Shown: one piece after another, positions 40,998 through 50,385 of the stretch
Numbering within the stretch: position 1 is the stretch's first letter
How the letters are laid out: each line of letters starts with the position of its first letter
Assembly: GCA_018673485.1 (NCBI GenBank)
Contig: JABHCP010000005.1
Coordinates: forward strand, 102-64,101
DNA from: Candidatus Uhrbacteria bacterium
GTDB lineage: Bacteria; Patescibacteriota; Patescibacteriia; UBA9934
Length of the DNA: 64,000 bases
Direction: 5' to 3'
The notes under the pieces: generated by a model
What the model was told of the DNA's origin: nothing
The model's database searches: none
What the model saw: only the letters and a program-made list of their open reading frames with translations
Program-made: the position numbers and the translations under genes

Positions 40998-41690
40998 CTA
41001 TTTTAGTAATTTTCTACGTATGAATTCATACAAAGGCCCAAGTACAAGTCCAAGTGCGAGCGCCCAATATATCAGATCAAGTGACACGCCATTGATGAAT
41101 TCATTAGTTTGGATGAAAGGGATGACCGGCGTTGTGCTCGTAAATGCCGATCCAAGCGTGGAGGCCAGAAATACAATGAACGCTGTGAATATTGCGCTCC
41201 AAATAGAATCCCCCAACAAGTCATGTCTGTGACTGGTAATGTATACGGCGAGTATGATCGCGGCGATTAGCAGAGCGACAGAGGTTGTGAGGCCAAACGC
41301 CACAGTTAGTAATATAGTTGCCCAAACAAAGAGCAATAGGCCAAAGAATGTGCCTAGTATCCAAGCGCTTGCAATAACATCTCTTTCTTTTTTGCGTTTT
41401 GGTTTGGGCATGTTTTGATAATGCTTACCAAAGAAAACGTGGAACACCGTTGATGCAATTCCAGCAACTGAGAATAAAAATATTAAGTCCAAAAATGATA
41501 GTGATGAAAACAGTGCTTGCATTGATCCTGCAGCTACAGCCTGCGTGGCGATCCAAATTGGCAACAAGAAAATTGAGAAGATGCTTATAATTAGCATTTC
41601 TTTTCTAAGCTCTTCCTTGGTGACAAAGATTAAGATCCATGTGAGTGCCAATATAAGCGACATCACAGAGTAGTAAGATAGTGCCTCCAT
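40998..41690 (-). CDS. Polytopic membrane protein
   Basis: About seven hydrophobic segments. Confidence 0.75.
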   Translation of the reverse strand: MEALSYYSVMSLILALTWILIFVTKEELRKEMLIISIFSIFLLPIWIATQAVAAGSMQALFSSLSFLDLIFLFSVAGIASTVFHVFFGKHYQNMPKPKRKKERDVIASAWILGTFFGLLLFVWATILLTVAFGLTTSVALLIAAIILAVYITSHRHDLLGDSIWSAIFTAFIVFLASTLGSAFTSTTPVIPFIQTNEFINGVSLDLIYWALALGLVLGPLYEFIRRKLLK

Positions 41691-41705
41691 ATGTTTTTAT
41701 TATAT

Positions 41706-41785
41706 CAGAAACAGAGGTCAGAACCCAGAACCCAGACGTCAGACTTCAGTCTAGTTTTTCGACTGGGTTCTGAAGTCTGACTTCT
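41706..41785. repeat. Inverted heptamer arrays (CAGAACC-like / GTTCTGA-like)
   Basis: Degenerate 7-bp units in facing orientation. Confidence 0.6.
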
Positions 41786-41852
41786 TAGTTTTGTCAGATG
41801 CTTGAAGCCCCGCCGGAGTGGCCGGCAGGGCAGGAGGAGGGAATCAGTTGTG

Positions 41853-42248
41853 TCAGGCAATAGCGACCTCGCGGATGGAGCCATTGTTACGATCGATGAC
41901 CTCGAAAGTGGGTTGCGATACTGCGTGAACTTCGTCAGGACGCACGTTGGTCACGTCGACTGTGCTCAAGCGCATCTTGTATCGACGTGCGATTTCGTCT
42001 GCCATGTCGCAGATCAGGGCGAGACGTTCGTTCCGGCCGTTGATTACGCGACCTTTCACGCGGCCGACATCGCTGGGGTGGACCATGACGTCCACGACAA
42101 CACTGCGGCGCCCGGTGATGATATCGAGCCGAACGCACTCGGGGCGCGTGACGAAGCACATGATGAAGCTGACCAGGGCGGTCTCGAGCATGTCGATAGG
42201 CGTTGGTTCTGTAGTGGCCTGTTCGACGTGGGGTTCAGTTGCACTCAT
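41853..42248 (-). CDS. Divergent KhpA-like KH-domain protein (cassette)
   Basis: V.VHPSDVGRVKGR; GGAG SD; TTGACA at 42354-42359. Confidence 0.65.
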   Translation of the reverse strand: MSATEPHVEQATTEPTPIDMLETALVSFIMCFVTRPECVRLDIITGRRSVVVDVMVHPSDVGRVKGRVINGRNERLALICDMADEIARRYKMRLSTVDVTNVRPDEVHAVSQPTFEVIDRNNGSIREVAIA

Positions 42249-42370
42249 GGTGTCTCCAGGGGATGGAGTGGAGGGGCGGGGGTCCCTCGAAGAAATCGAG
42301 GGGAGGGGCGTGAAGGAACTTCACATCAGCAGAATACGCAGATATTGGCGAAATGTCAAGAGGGAATGAC

Positions 42371-42452
42371 GTAGGCGGTATGCAGTAGACAGTAGGCGGT
42401 AGACTAGGAGACTGAGTTTGAAGCCGCATACTGCCTACTGCATACTGCCTAC
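42371..42452. repeat. Inverted heptamer arrays (GTAGGCG/GTATGCA versus TACTGCC/TACTGCA)
   Basis: Degenerate 7-bp units; same units at 60529-60559. Confidence 0.7.
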
Positions 42453-42472
42453 TTTTGATATAATCACCCCAT

Positions 42473-43519
42473 ATGACAAAAGTAAAACCAAGCATTGCTC
42501 ACATTCGATGGTTCTTTATCGTCGCAAGTGTAATCGTTCTTTATTTATACTGGCAGGTGATAGCGCCGTTTGCGTTAGTGTTAGTCACCGCCGGTGTTTT
42601 TGCAATCATTCTTTCTCCAATTGAAATTAGGTTAAGAAAACTAGTGCGCAGCAAGAAGTTGTCAGCCTTTATTATGTTACTGGCAGTATTGGTTATTGTG
42701 GTGGGACCGTTATTTGGTGTGGCGGCTCTTATGGTTCAGCAGGCATCTGACGTAGTCGAGATCACAATCAGTCAAGACACGATTATTGAAGGTTTTAGAG
42801 AGTCGACAAGCTCGGTCTACAATGTTCTACCAAAAGCACTGCAAGATGAAGTTCGTTCTATTGATTTAGTTGAGTTAGGTAGGGCTGCAGCAACTTGGGC
42901 AGCTGAAAACGTTGCATCGATATTATCAAGTACTGCTAAGATCCTGATCCATGTGATGATTTTCTTTATTGCATTGTTTTATTTCTTGCATGACCGTGAG
43001 GAGATTTATATATTAGCACTGGACATCAGTCCGTTTAAAGATAGTTTGGACGCAAAGATTTTGAAGCGAATATCCAACACCGTAAGGTCGGTTGTCTTTG
43101 GCGCGTTAGTCGTGGCGGTGGTGCAGGCCACTTTGGCAACAATTGGTATGACAATATTTGGAGTGCCAGGGGCCATACTCTGGGGTGCACTCGTTATCAT
43201 CGCATCACAAGTACCGATGGTCGGAACTAGCATCATATTAGTTCCAGCGATTATCTATTTATTGATCATTGGGCAGCCATGGGCAGCGCTTGGACTTTTA
43301 ATTTGGTCGGTTGTGGCAGTGAGCACAGTTGATAATCTGATTTCACCATTTATAGTTGGCTCCAAGACTCACATGAATCAGTTGTTGATCCTCATTTCGA
43401 TATTGGGAGGTCTGCAATGGCTCGGACCAATTGGGTTTATCATCGGACCAACAATCCTCGCAGCTGTAATGGTGGTAGTCGAGCTTTATCGAAATGGGAT
43501 TCTCGATAGAGGGAGGTAA
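42473..43519 (+). CDS. AI-2E family transporter
   Basis: Multi-TM protein; DNLISP and LGGL...G.IG..IGP. Confidence 0.9.
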   Translation: MTKVKPSIAHIRWFFIVASVIVLYLYWQVIAPFALVLVTAGVFAIILSPIEIRLRKLVRSKKLSAFIMLLAVLVIVVGPLFGVAALMVQQASDVVEITISQDTIIEGFRESTSSVYNVLPKALQDEVRSIDLVELGRAAATWAAENVASILSSTAKILIHVMIFFIALFYFLHDREEIYILALDISPFKDSLDAKILKRISNTVRSVVFGALVVAVVQATLATIGMTIFGVPGAILWGALVIIASQVPMVGTSIILVPAIIYLLIIGQPWAALGLLIWSVVAVSTVDNLISPFIVGSKTHMNQLLILISILGGLQWLGPIGFIIGPTILAAVMVVVELYRNGILDRGR

Positions 43520-43621
43520 TTAATCGTAAAGATTGTCGGATAAGTCCGGACAAAATAGCCGTAGCAATTATGGCTATTTTTGGTACAATAATATAGTTAC
43601 TTATACCATTGCCGATCATTT

Positions 43622-44380
43622 ATGAAAAACAAAGCTATTATTACTAATGCAGAGTTGGAGCTAATCGGTCTTAATCAAAGAGACCTTGATGTCTACCTCG
43701 CACTTGCAAAACTTGGAAGTGCGCCATTGCGTAGAGTTGCAGAGATCTCGAAGATCAGTCGCTCTACTGTGCATGATGTGTTGCGAAGACTTATTGATCT
43801 TGAGCTTGTGAGCTTTGTTGATGGCTCATCTCATCGATATTTCACAGCTGAAGACCCAAAGCAGTTGCGTAGGCTTGTGTCCCGCAAAGAGCTCGCGCTC
43901 AGTGAGGCTCGCGAAAGAATCGAAAAAGCGATTCCTGAGTTTCAAGATATCTTTGGTTCAATGTCGTATCGTCCAACGGTAAGGTATTACGAAGGTCCGC
44001 GCGGGGTAAAGCAAATTCTGCAAGACGTTCTTTCTACAACTAAGCGAACAAAGGCAAAAAAGTATAGAGTATATTCAAGTTCTGGTATTCGTGATCTGAT
44101 CGCGCAAGCATGGCCACGGTATAACGCAACGCGAAAGCAGAATAAAGTGAACGTGCGTGCGATCGCGCTTGGTGCGGGTGGAAAAACCTATGGACTCGAT
44201 CAGCGTAAGTGGCTCACTCAAAAGCAAAGCGCCCCAACTTACATCTTTATCTATGGCGACAAGACCGCATACGTGTCAGCTGACGAAAAGTCACGACTCT
44301 TTGGTGTAATCATCGATGACAAGTCAATCTCGCAAACACAAAAAATGATCTTCGATCATTTGTGGCGGCATCTTGGGTGA
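43622..44380 (+). CDS. TrmB-family HTH transcriptional regulator
   Basis: IGLN..D..VY.AL, R.TV..VL..L, VRYYEG..GVK. Confidence 0.88.
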   Translation: MKNKAIITNAELELIGLNQRDLDVYLALAKLGSAPLRRVAEISKISRSTVHDVLRRLIDLELVSFVDGSSHRYFTAEDPKQLRRLVSRKELALSEARERIEKAIPEFQDIFGSMSYRPTVRYYEGPRGVKQILQDVLSTTKRTKAKKYRVYSSSGIRDLIAQAWPRYNATRKQNKVNVRAIALGAGGKTYGLDQRKWLTQKQSAPTYIFIYGDKTAYVSADEKSRLFGVIIDDKSISQTQKMIFDHLWRHLG

Positions 44381-44389
44381 TGATGAGCT

Positions 44390-44495
44390 CCTCCCCCTTC
44401 CCAAGGGGGAGATAGAGGGGGTTGCCGTCTTTCGTGTCATTCTGAACATAGTGAAGAATTTATTGAGCAGATCCTTCACTTCGTTCAGGATGACA
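44390..44495. repeat. Family A copy (minus strand) directly followed by an inverted pair of family B repeats
   Basis: CCTCCCCCTTCCCAAGGGGGAG..GGGGGTTGCCG then GTCATTCTGAAC...GTTCAGGATGAC. Confidence 0.8.
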
Positions 44496-44518
44496 GTCAA
44501 CAACACCGGAGGTTACAG

Positions 44519-44926
44519 ATGCAGTTTCCAGAACATTTGAATATTCTTTACATCACGCGGCAGTGCTGTATCAAAAGTCAGTTAGCACCTAAGCTGAGCA
44601 AGGATTCAAGCGAGGTGCACAGTGTGACGTACCGCGGAGCACAGGCTCTGCGTTGGTTTATTGAACGCCAGGCGCAGGGTCAGTCCTATGACGCGGTAAT
44701 CGTCGAAATCGGCGTGCACTTTCCAGATCTTGATGACGCACTCATTGCCATGCGAATTCTTTTTCCAAAGGTCGTAGTTATTCTCAACTACGGCGCTTAC
44801 AAGTTCGGTGAGTTCAACTGCGATTATCATAAAGAGATCGTAGAGGCTCACGCCATGATAGTAGCCTGGAACGAGGACGAGCTAATCGCAAAGCTCCTGG
44901 AGCTGGCACAGTGCAAGGCCGCCTAA
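44519..44926 (+). CDS. Orphan protein, possibly degenerate receiver-like fold
   Basis: GGAGG SD; NILYI...YDAVIVE pattern. Confidence 0.55.
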   Translation: MQFPEHLNILYITRQCCIKSQLAPKLSKDSSEVHSVTYRGAQALRWFIERQAQGQSYDAVIVEIGVHFPDLDDALIAMRILFPKVVVILNYGAYKFGEFNCDYHKEIVEAHAMIVAWNEDELIAKLLELAQCKAA

Positions 44927-45017
44927 TTCGCTCGTACTCACAACCCCGTTCATTAACGCACCTCGTTTTGGCGGGGTGTTGTGCTTAATATGTTTATTCT
45001 GATAGTCTTTACTTCAT

Positions 45018-45647
45018 ATGAAACAAGATTTTAAATTAAAAATGCTTTTGGGAGTATTTATTGGATTGCTGGTAGGGATGAATCTTTTGGGAGGGAAGAT
45101 TACAACGTTGCTTGGTATTTCAGTGTCTGTTGGAATATTCATGGTTCCATTAACGTTTTTAATTACAGATATAATTGCAGAGGTGTTCGGCAAAAAGACT
45201 GCACAGCAGTTTGTTATTATTGGACTTATTACATTGATAATCACTTTCGTTTACACAGCATTGTTTGTAATCCTTGGCCCACATGAGCGTTATGAGTTTA
45301 ACGATGCATATGTGACGATCTTTGGAACGTCCTTGCGTATGATGATTGCCAGCATTATTGCTTTTGCGGTAGCACAGCTCCACGACGTTTGGGCGTTTGA
45401 GTTTTGGAAAAAGAAGACCAAGGGCAAGATGCTCTGGCTGCGAAATAACCTATCGACGTTTGTGTCCCAAGCAATCGACACGCTCCTATTCATGACAATC
45501 GCGTTTTACGGAATCTCAGACAAATTCACATTCGCATTCATTATTAGCCTCTCAATCCCATACTATCTCTTCAAAATCGCATTTGCCGCTATAGACACCC
45601 CGTTTGTTTATTTAGGAGTAAAGTGGCTGCAGAGCGGGGAAGAGTGA
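45018..45647 (+). CDS. yhhQ: Queuosine precursor transporter (YhhQ/Vut_1)
   Basis: P.TFLITDI.AEVFG, R...AS..AF..AQ..D, WLRNN.ST.VSQ.ID. Confidence 0.9.
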   Translation: MKQDFKLKMLLGVFIGLLVGMNLLGGKITTLLGISVSVGIFMVPLTFLITDIIAEVFGKKTAQQFVIIGLITLIITFVYTALFVILGPHERYEFNDAYVTIFGTSLRMMIASIIAFAVAQLHDVWAFEFWKKKTKGKMLWLRNNLSTFVSQAIDTLLFMTIAFYGISDKFTFAFIISLSIPYYLFKIAFAAIDTPFVYLGVKWLQSGEE

Positions 45648-45794
45648 TAAGTATAGTTTCGAAATTAAAAAAACACGCATTGCGCGTGTTTTTTAATTGT
45701 ATAAAGCGAATACCCACGGTCTACAGCGAGGCTGCGGACCGTGGGCAGGGAGCGTCCTACTTGGAGGACTACTCGGGTGATGGGCTCCTGATCG

Positions 45795-45932
45795 CTAGAG
45801 CTCCATCATGAGGCCGATGTCGTCCCAGAGGCGGCTCCACCAGGAGCTCGAGTCGGTGTCGGTGTCGGCGACGGCGGCGGAGGAGGCGGTCAGCATCGTG
45901 CCCAGCAGTGCGATCATGATCAGCTTCTTCAT
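45795..45932 (-). CDS. 45-aa secreted peptide (not in the ORF track)
   Basis: GGAG SD; MKKLIMIALLGTMLTASSAAVADTDTDSSSWWSRLWDDIGLMMEL; TTGACA at 46017-46022; downstream terminator. Confidence 0.7.
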   Translation of the reverse strand: MKKLIMIALLGTMLTASSAAVADTDTDSSSWWSRLWDDIGLMMEL

Positions 45933-46113
45933 GTCTTCTCCAGTCTTGCAGATGCGGCACGGAAACGCTCCGAAACCTTATGCAAGCCACAACACTTTGC
46001 CACATTTTAGGCTTTTTGTCAACCCCCTACGCCTGATACCCAAAAAGCAAAAACGCCGCCCTGCGAGGATGCAGAGACGGCGAAGGTATTGGTGAGTAGG
46101 CCCACCACAAACG

Positions 46114-46863
46114 CTAGAAAGAGTCCGGGGGAAGCCCTGTGGCAGCCTTTGACCACTGGATCCACGCTGGGTGGTTCGGGTCGCCTTTGGCGTCCATGAA
46201 GAGGCGGGAAGCGAGGAAACAGCCATCGTCGGCTGAGAATCCACGGAACCGTCCACCGTCGAACATGGGCTTGTACACTTTTTCCATGCTGTACCACCAG
46301 GCATCTGCCTCGGACTGGCGGAGCGTCTCCGGATCCATGGCGCGACCGGCAAAATCCTGCTGAGTCAGGTGATAGCCTTCGTGGGTAACGACGCCGACGA
46401 GGTAGTCCTCGACGGTCTCGCGGTCGTGGCTCTCGTAGAGATCCCTCAGGTTCACGTACACGAAGCCGATTTTCTTTTTTCCGTTCTCCGTGACCGCGTA
46501 GGCAAGGGCATTCTGATTCATGGCACCAGTCTGCATCCCGACCCGGATCTCTCCGTTGGCGACCATACCCATGATCAAAGCCATCTCTTTGCGAGCTGTC
46601 TCGATCGGGTACTCGTTCGCGAGTCGGTAGAGGTCGGGCATGAAGACGCGTTCGACGAACTCCACGTCCTCTTGGGTCACCTTGTGAGCCTGGGTGCCTT
46701 GCTGAGGCGCAGGTCTCGCAACAGTCTTCGTGACGGCAGGCACCGGGTTGTTCGACTCGGTACTTTTGTCACCGCTCAAGTGGTCTAGGGCGGCAAAGAC
46801 GACGAAGATTGCGATCACAGACCAGGCGATGGACGTAAACCTCTTTTTGCGTGTACTCGACAT
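46114..46863 (-). CDS. Membrane-anchored orphan protein with HExxH motif
   Basis: N-terminal TM helix; THEGYH...E.DA; GGAG SD. Confidence 0.7.
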   Translation of the reverse strand: MSSTRKKRFTSIAWSVIAIFVVFAALDHLSGDKSTESNNPVPAVTKTVARPAPQQGTQAHKVTQEDVEFVERVFMPDLYRLANEYPIETARKEMALIMGMVANGEIRVGMQTGAMNQNALAYAVTENGKKKIGFVYVNLRDLYESHDRETVEDYLVGVVTHEGYHLTQQDFAGRAMDPETLRQSEADAWWYSMEKVYKPMFDGGRFRGFSADDGCFLASRLFMDAKGDPNHPAWIQWSKAATGLPPDSF

Positions 46864-47078
46864 GGGTTCTCCCTGTGTTGATGTTGTGTTCAAAGATTTG
46901 AACGACAGCTCAGAGTAGCCTAAAAATTCAATTTTGTCAATGGGGGAGTGGTTATATTGATTATCGAGCTTACTTAAAATACAGTATCCGATATCGTATT
47001 CTGACGCTTGATATCCAAAAAGCAAAAGCGCCATCCTGCGAGAGTACAGAGATGGCGAGGGGTATGGGCAGGTGGTGC

Positions 47079-47723
47079 CTACCAGAAGATCCAGACGATG
47101 GTAACGATGATCCAGGTGATTTCGTTGGAGAGCTCACTGATTGCCATGCCTCGAAGTGATCGGTTCCATCCTGCCTCGCGAACTGCAAAGGCAAGTTGAC
47201 CAATACGGATGAGTGTCGTTGCGTGAGCGATCCAAACTGCGATGGCTGCAATGCCGTCTCCACCGACGAGGCTGATCTTGTAGGCCATAGCGAAGTGTGG
47301 AATGCCTCGGAAGATGCCCGCAAGCCATCCTCGGATGATCGGATCTGTGATACTTAGCTTTCGTCGCCAGGCAACGGTGAAGATTCCGATTATCGTGATC
47401 ACCACGACAGTGCTGGCGAGTGTGTCGTACCATCCCCATCCGACCTCTGACATACGAACCAGCAATAGGCCAACGAGAAGGCCGATGCCAACTGTCCAAC
47501 CTGTGTGCGTGATGAGAAGTTGCATCACCGCTCGTCCAGGTGTGTCACGCCAGCTGAGCCAAGCCAGACTCATGTTGATGATGCAGAAGATCTCGCCGAA
47601 GATGAGCCACGTGGGGCTGATTCCTTCAACGGACTGCGTCATGCGGTGTGCTTGCCCACCTACAAAGAAGACCATCAGGATCATCTGAAGCGCAAAGAGC
47701 GCGTCTGATTTTTTGATTTTCAA
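47079..47723 (-). CDS. Polytopic membrane protein (cassette)
   Basis: TTG start after AAGGAG; about seven hydrophobic segments. Confidence 0.7.
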   Translation of the reverse strand: MKIKKSDALFALQMILMVFFVGGQAHRMTQSVEGISPTWLIFGEIFCIINMSLAWLSWRDTPGRAVMQLLITHTGWTVGIGLLVGLLLVRMSEVGWGWYDTLASTVVVITIIGIFTVAWRRKLSITDPIIRGWLAGIFRGIPHFAMAYKISLVGGDGIAAIAVWIAHATTLIRIGQLAFAVREAGWNRSLRGMAISELSNEITWIIVTIVWIFW

Positions 47724-47890
47724 AAGAGCTCCTTGTTCGAGATTCTAGACTGGAAGCACAAGGGCAAAAGTGCCAACGTACTCTGAGTCAAGAAAATGAT
47801 ATTAGTCTAAAAATGGCATTTTGTCAATCGTATAAACCCCCTCAAGGTTAGTTGAGAGGGTTTATACATTATTATATTAGGGTTGGTATT

Positions 47891-48376
47891 TTAGTTATGA
47901 TGATCTATTCCTTTGTAGGCATTGATGAATATTTTGATGCGTTCCTCATCGAAATCATCCAATTCATCTATTTTATTCCACGCAGTTAATACAATCGAAG
48001 TATTCAATCCTGAGTATGGTTCGAGTATCACTAGTGTTGAATAGTTTCTAACAATGTCTTCTAGATCACTAATAACTTCTTGTGAAACACGTTCATTGTC
48101 ATAATGCACGATGACGCCACCATCTTCAAGATTGTGTATTTGAATCTCATCGGCAATCTGCTCATCGTGGATTCCCCATTTGGCGATATTTCCAACGTGA
48201 GGGCCTGAGGTTGGTGGCGTTGTATTGTATGCACTGTGTGGTGTATCAATAGAGTCAATGTGCTCATTACCCATGTCCGAAATTTGTACTCCTGGCGATG
48301 GTTGCATGGCAGACCATATTATAAGTCCCGCGATTAATATAATCGATCCCCCGATTATATATTGTGTTTTAGTCAT
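47891..48376 (-). CDS. DUF3105 family protein
   Basis: YNTTPPTSGPH, HNLEDGGVIVHY, LTAW. Confidence 0.85.
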   Translation of the reverse strand: MTKTQYIIGGSIILIAGLIIWSAMQPSPGVQISDMGNEHIDSIDTPHSAYNTTPPTSGPHVGNIAKWGIHDEQIADEIQIHNLEDGGVIVHYDNERVSQEVISDLEDIVRNYSTLVILEPYSGLNTSIVLTAWNKIDELDDFDEERIKIFINAYKGIDHHN

Positions 48377-48378
48377 AG

Positions 48379-48918
48379 TTATATTTTACAGATGAATGAT
48401 TTTTTACCCGCCTGTAATAGCAGATAATATGTTGATCCCATGATAAGCACTAAGCTTGTGATGGTAAACTCTAGTCCGTTGAGCGGAAGCAGTCCAATGA
48501 ATTGGCTCGCAGCAGTTAGTCCGACGAGTGATGATAGTATTACAGATCCGCACGCAGTGCAGCCAACTCCAAGAACTCCTACAATAACGCCTATTACCCC
48601 TAAGCCATTTGTGCGATGAAGTTTTGTACGGCTACGTACTTGATCATAGACTAAGGCAATATTCATGCCAGTTAATATGCTGATGAATATATAGCTAATC
48701 AGTGATGCTGTACTAAAGTTCGTTCCCAGGCTTCCCAAAAGACTGAATATTATTCGAGTTTTATCCCAAATTGAATATGTTTCTGGTAGGGATAATATCA
48801 GCGAACGATTTGGTAGTAGAGCTATAAATGCGAGGAAGGCCCCTGCGACGATAATCGTAATGATTAACGCGCGGGGTTTCATGAATACACGGCGAAAGCC
48901 TGTATAAATATTCGTCAT
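48379..48918 (-). CDS. Membrane protein with CxxC motif
   Basis: GVGCTACG; TM segments; downstream of dsbA. Confidence 0.75.
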   Translation of the reverse strand: MTNIYTGFRRVFMKPRALIITIIVAGAFLAFIALLPNRSLILSLPETYSIWDKTRIIFSLLGSLGTNFSTASLISYIFISILTGMNIALVYDQVRSRTKLHRTNGLGVIGVIVGVLGVGCTACGSVILSSLVGLTAASQFIGLLPLNGLEFTITSLVLIMGSTYYLLLQAGKKSFICKI

Positions 48919-48922
48919 ATAA

Positions 48923-49675
48923 TTATCTGAGCGAAGCATCTATGATGCTTTGAATAGAGCTATATGGAATTGCTCCGGAAATAAGCTGTGCATTTCCATC
49001 AGCGTCAATGAAGATTGACCCAGGTGTTCCTGTAACGCCGGCACTAGCTCCCCCAGCAATATCTTCATTTATGTGGTCTTCATAGCGATCATCGTCTAGG
49101 CAAGTTTGGAAGTCTGATTCATCTATTCCTAACTCTACCGCGAAATTTACAAGATCACCTTCGCTCATTCCATTTCCATTCGAGCTCGTTTCATTGAAGA
49201 TGTAGTCATGCATATCCCAGAATGCATCGTTCCCAGCAAATTCATTTGCACATTCTGTTGCTTCTGCCTGAGTCATGGCCAGTGGTAAGTGAAAGCTTAA
49301 TGGAAAGTGTCGGAATATGAGTTTTATTTCTCCTTCATAGTCTTCCAACATGCTGTCCATTGTTGGCATGAAACGTTTACAGAACGGGCATTCAAAGTCT
49401 GAGTATTCGATCCAGGTTAGTGGAGCGTCTACGTCGCCTCTTATATGATCATCATCTGTGATTGGTGGCACGATCGTATTATTGGCCGTAGGCGCCTGAG
49501 CTTCATTGTTATTAACGGTAATGACTGTGGGTTCGTCAGTGTCTGATGTCGTGGAGGTTAATGAGAGATCTGATATATTGTTGAATAACAAGGTAATAGC
49601 TATTCCAGACACCAGTCCAAATATAAGTAACATTTTTGGATTCCCGTCAAAGAATCCTTTTTTCTGATTTTGCAT
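48923..49675 (-). CDS. DsbA-family thioredoxin-fold protein
   Basis: DHIRG, EYSDFECPFC, RHFPL, GVTGTP. Confidence 0.93.
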   Translation of the reverse strand: MQNQKKGFFDGNPKMLLIFGLVSGIAITLLFNNISDLSLTSTTSDTDEPTVITVNNNEAQAPTANNTIVPPITDDDHIRGDVDAPLTWIEYSDFECPFCKRFMPTMDSMLEDYEGEIKLIFRHFPLSFHLPLAMTQAEATECANEFAGNDAFWDMHDYIFNETSSNGNGMSEGDLVNFAVELGIDESDFQTCLDDDRYEDHINEDIAGGASAGVTGTPGSIFIDADGNAQLISGAIPYSSIQSIIDASLR

Positions 49676-49721
49676 AATATAAAATAAATTATTAATAGAA
49701 TGTTCGTACAATCTATTTTAT

Positions 49722-50186
49722 CTACGCGTCATGCATTGGCACGAAAAAGGGTATAAATGATTTTGATGATAAAAAAGGTCTTTGCTTCGCCCATATCCAA
49801 CGCATAAACTTCATTCTATGAATCGTTGGATATAATAGTTTTTGTTCAAATGTTTTTGGGAGTGGAAAATGTATTGCAGCAATGATTGTCAGGATTGCCA
49901 GGAATAGAATATTTTTATTTGGTACAACTGCTTCTGATGTTTCCGTGTCTTTATGCAGTGTGCTAGACATTTCATGGTTATGGCATGCAGATGTTGCAAC
50001 ACCAAGTGCTAAGCCTACGTTTTGGTTGCAAGTTGATTGAATCAGCGGAAGAAATGAGGCGAGCAAAACAAATGTAAGTACCACGACAAATAAATTGCGT
50101 ACTTTCTTGATATCTATTTTGTCCTTGTATTGAATCACACCCAGTTGGTCCTTAATTTCCTTTTTAACATCATAACAAATACTCAT
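49722..50186 (-). CDS. Hypothetical membrane/secreted protein (start uncertain)
   Basis: Two hydrophobic segments; C...CHNH motif. Confidence 0.5.
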   Translation of the reverse strand: MSICYDVKKEIKDQLGVIQYKDKIDIKKVRNLFVVVLTFVLLASFLPLIQSTCNQNVGLALGVATSACHNHEMSSTLHKDTETSEAVVPNKNILFLAILTIIAAIHFPLPKTFEQKLLYPTIHRMKFMRWIWAKQRPFLSSKSFIPFFVPMHDA

Positions 50187-50310
50187 TGTATGTGCTACAT
50201 TTCTGGCTTGGCTATTTCTGGTACTTAGCTATGCTATTGCGGCTTCGGCACACTTATCCTGTCTGGAAATTTCCAATGAAAATAGTCACCTATTCGGTGA
50301 CTGCTTTTCA

Positions 50311-50385
50311 TGGTGACCCCAGGGGGAATCGAACCCCCATTTCCAGGATGAAAACCTGGCGTCCTAACCATTAGACGATGGGGCC
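50311..50385 (-). tRNA. tRNA-Glu(TTC)
   Basis: Cloverleaf, anticodon loop TTTTCAT, CCA end. Confidence 0.96.

Noticed and set aside
44930-45017. preQ1 riboswitch upstream of yhhQ
   Set aside because: No recognisable preQ1 stem-loop with A-rich tail.
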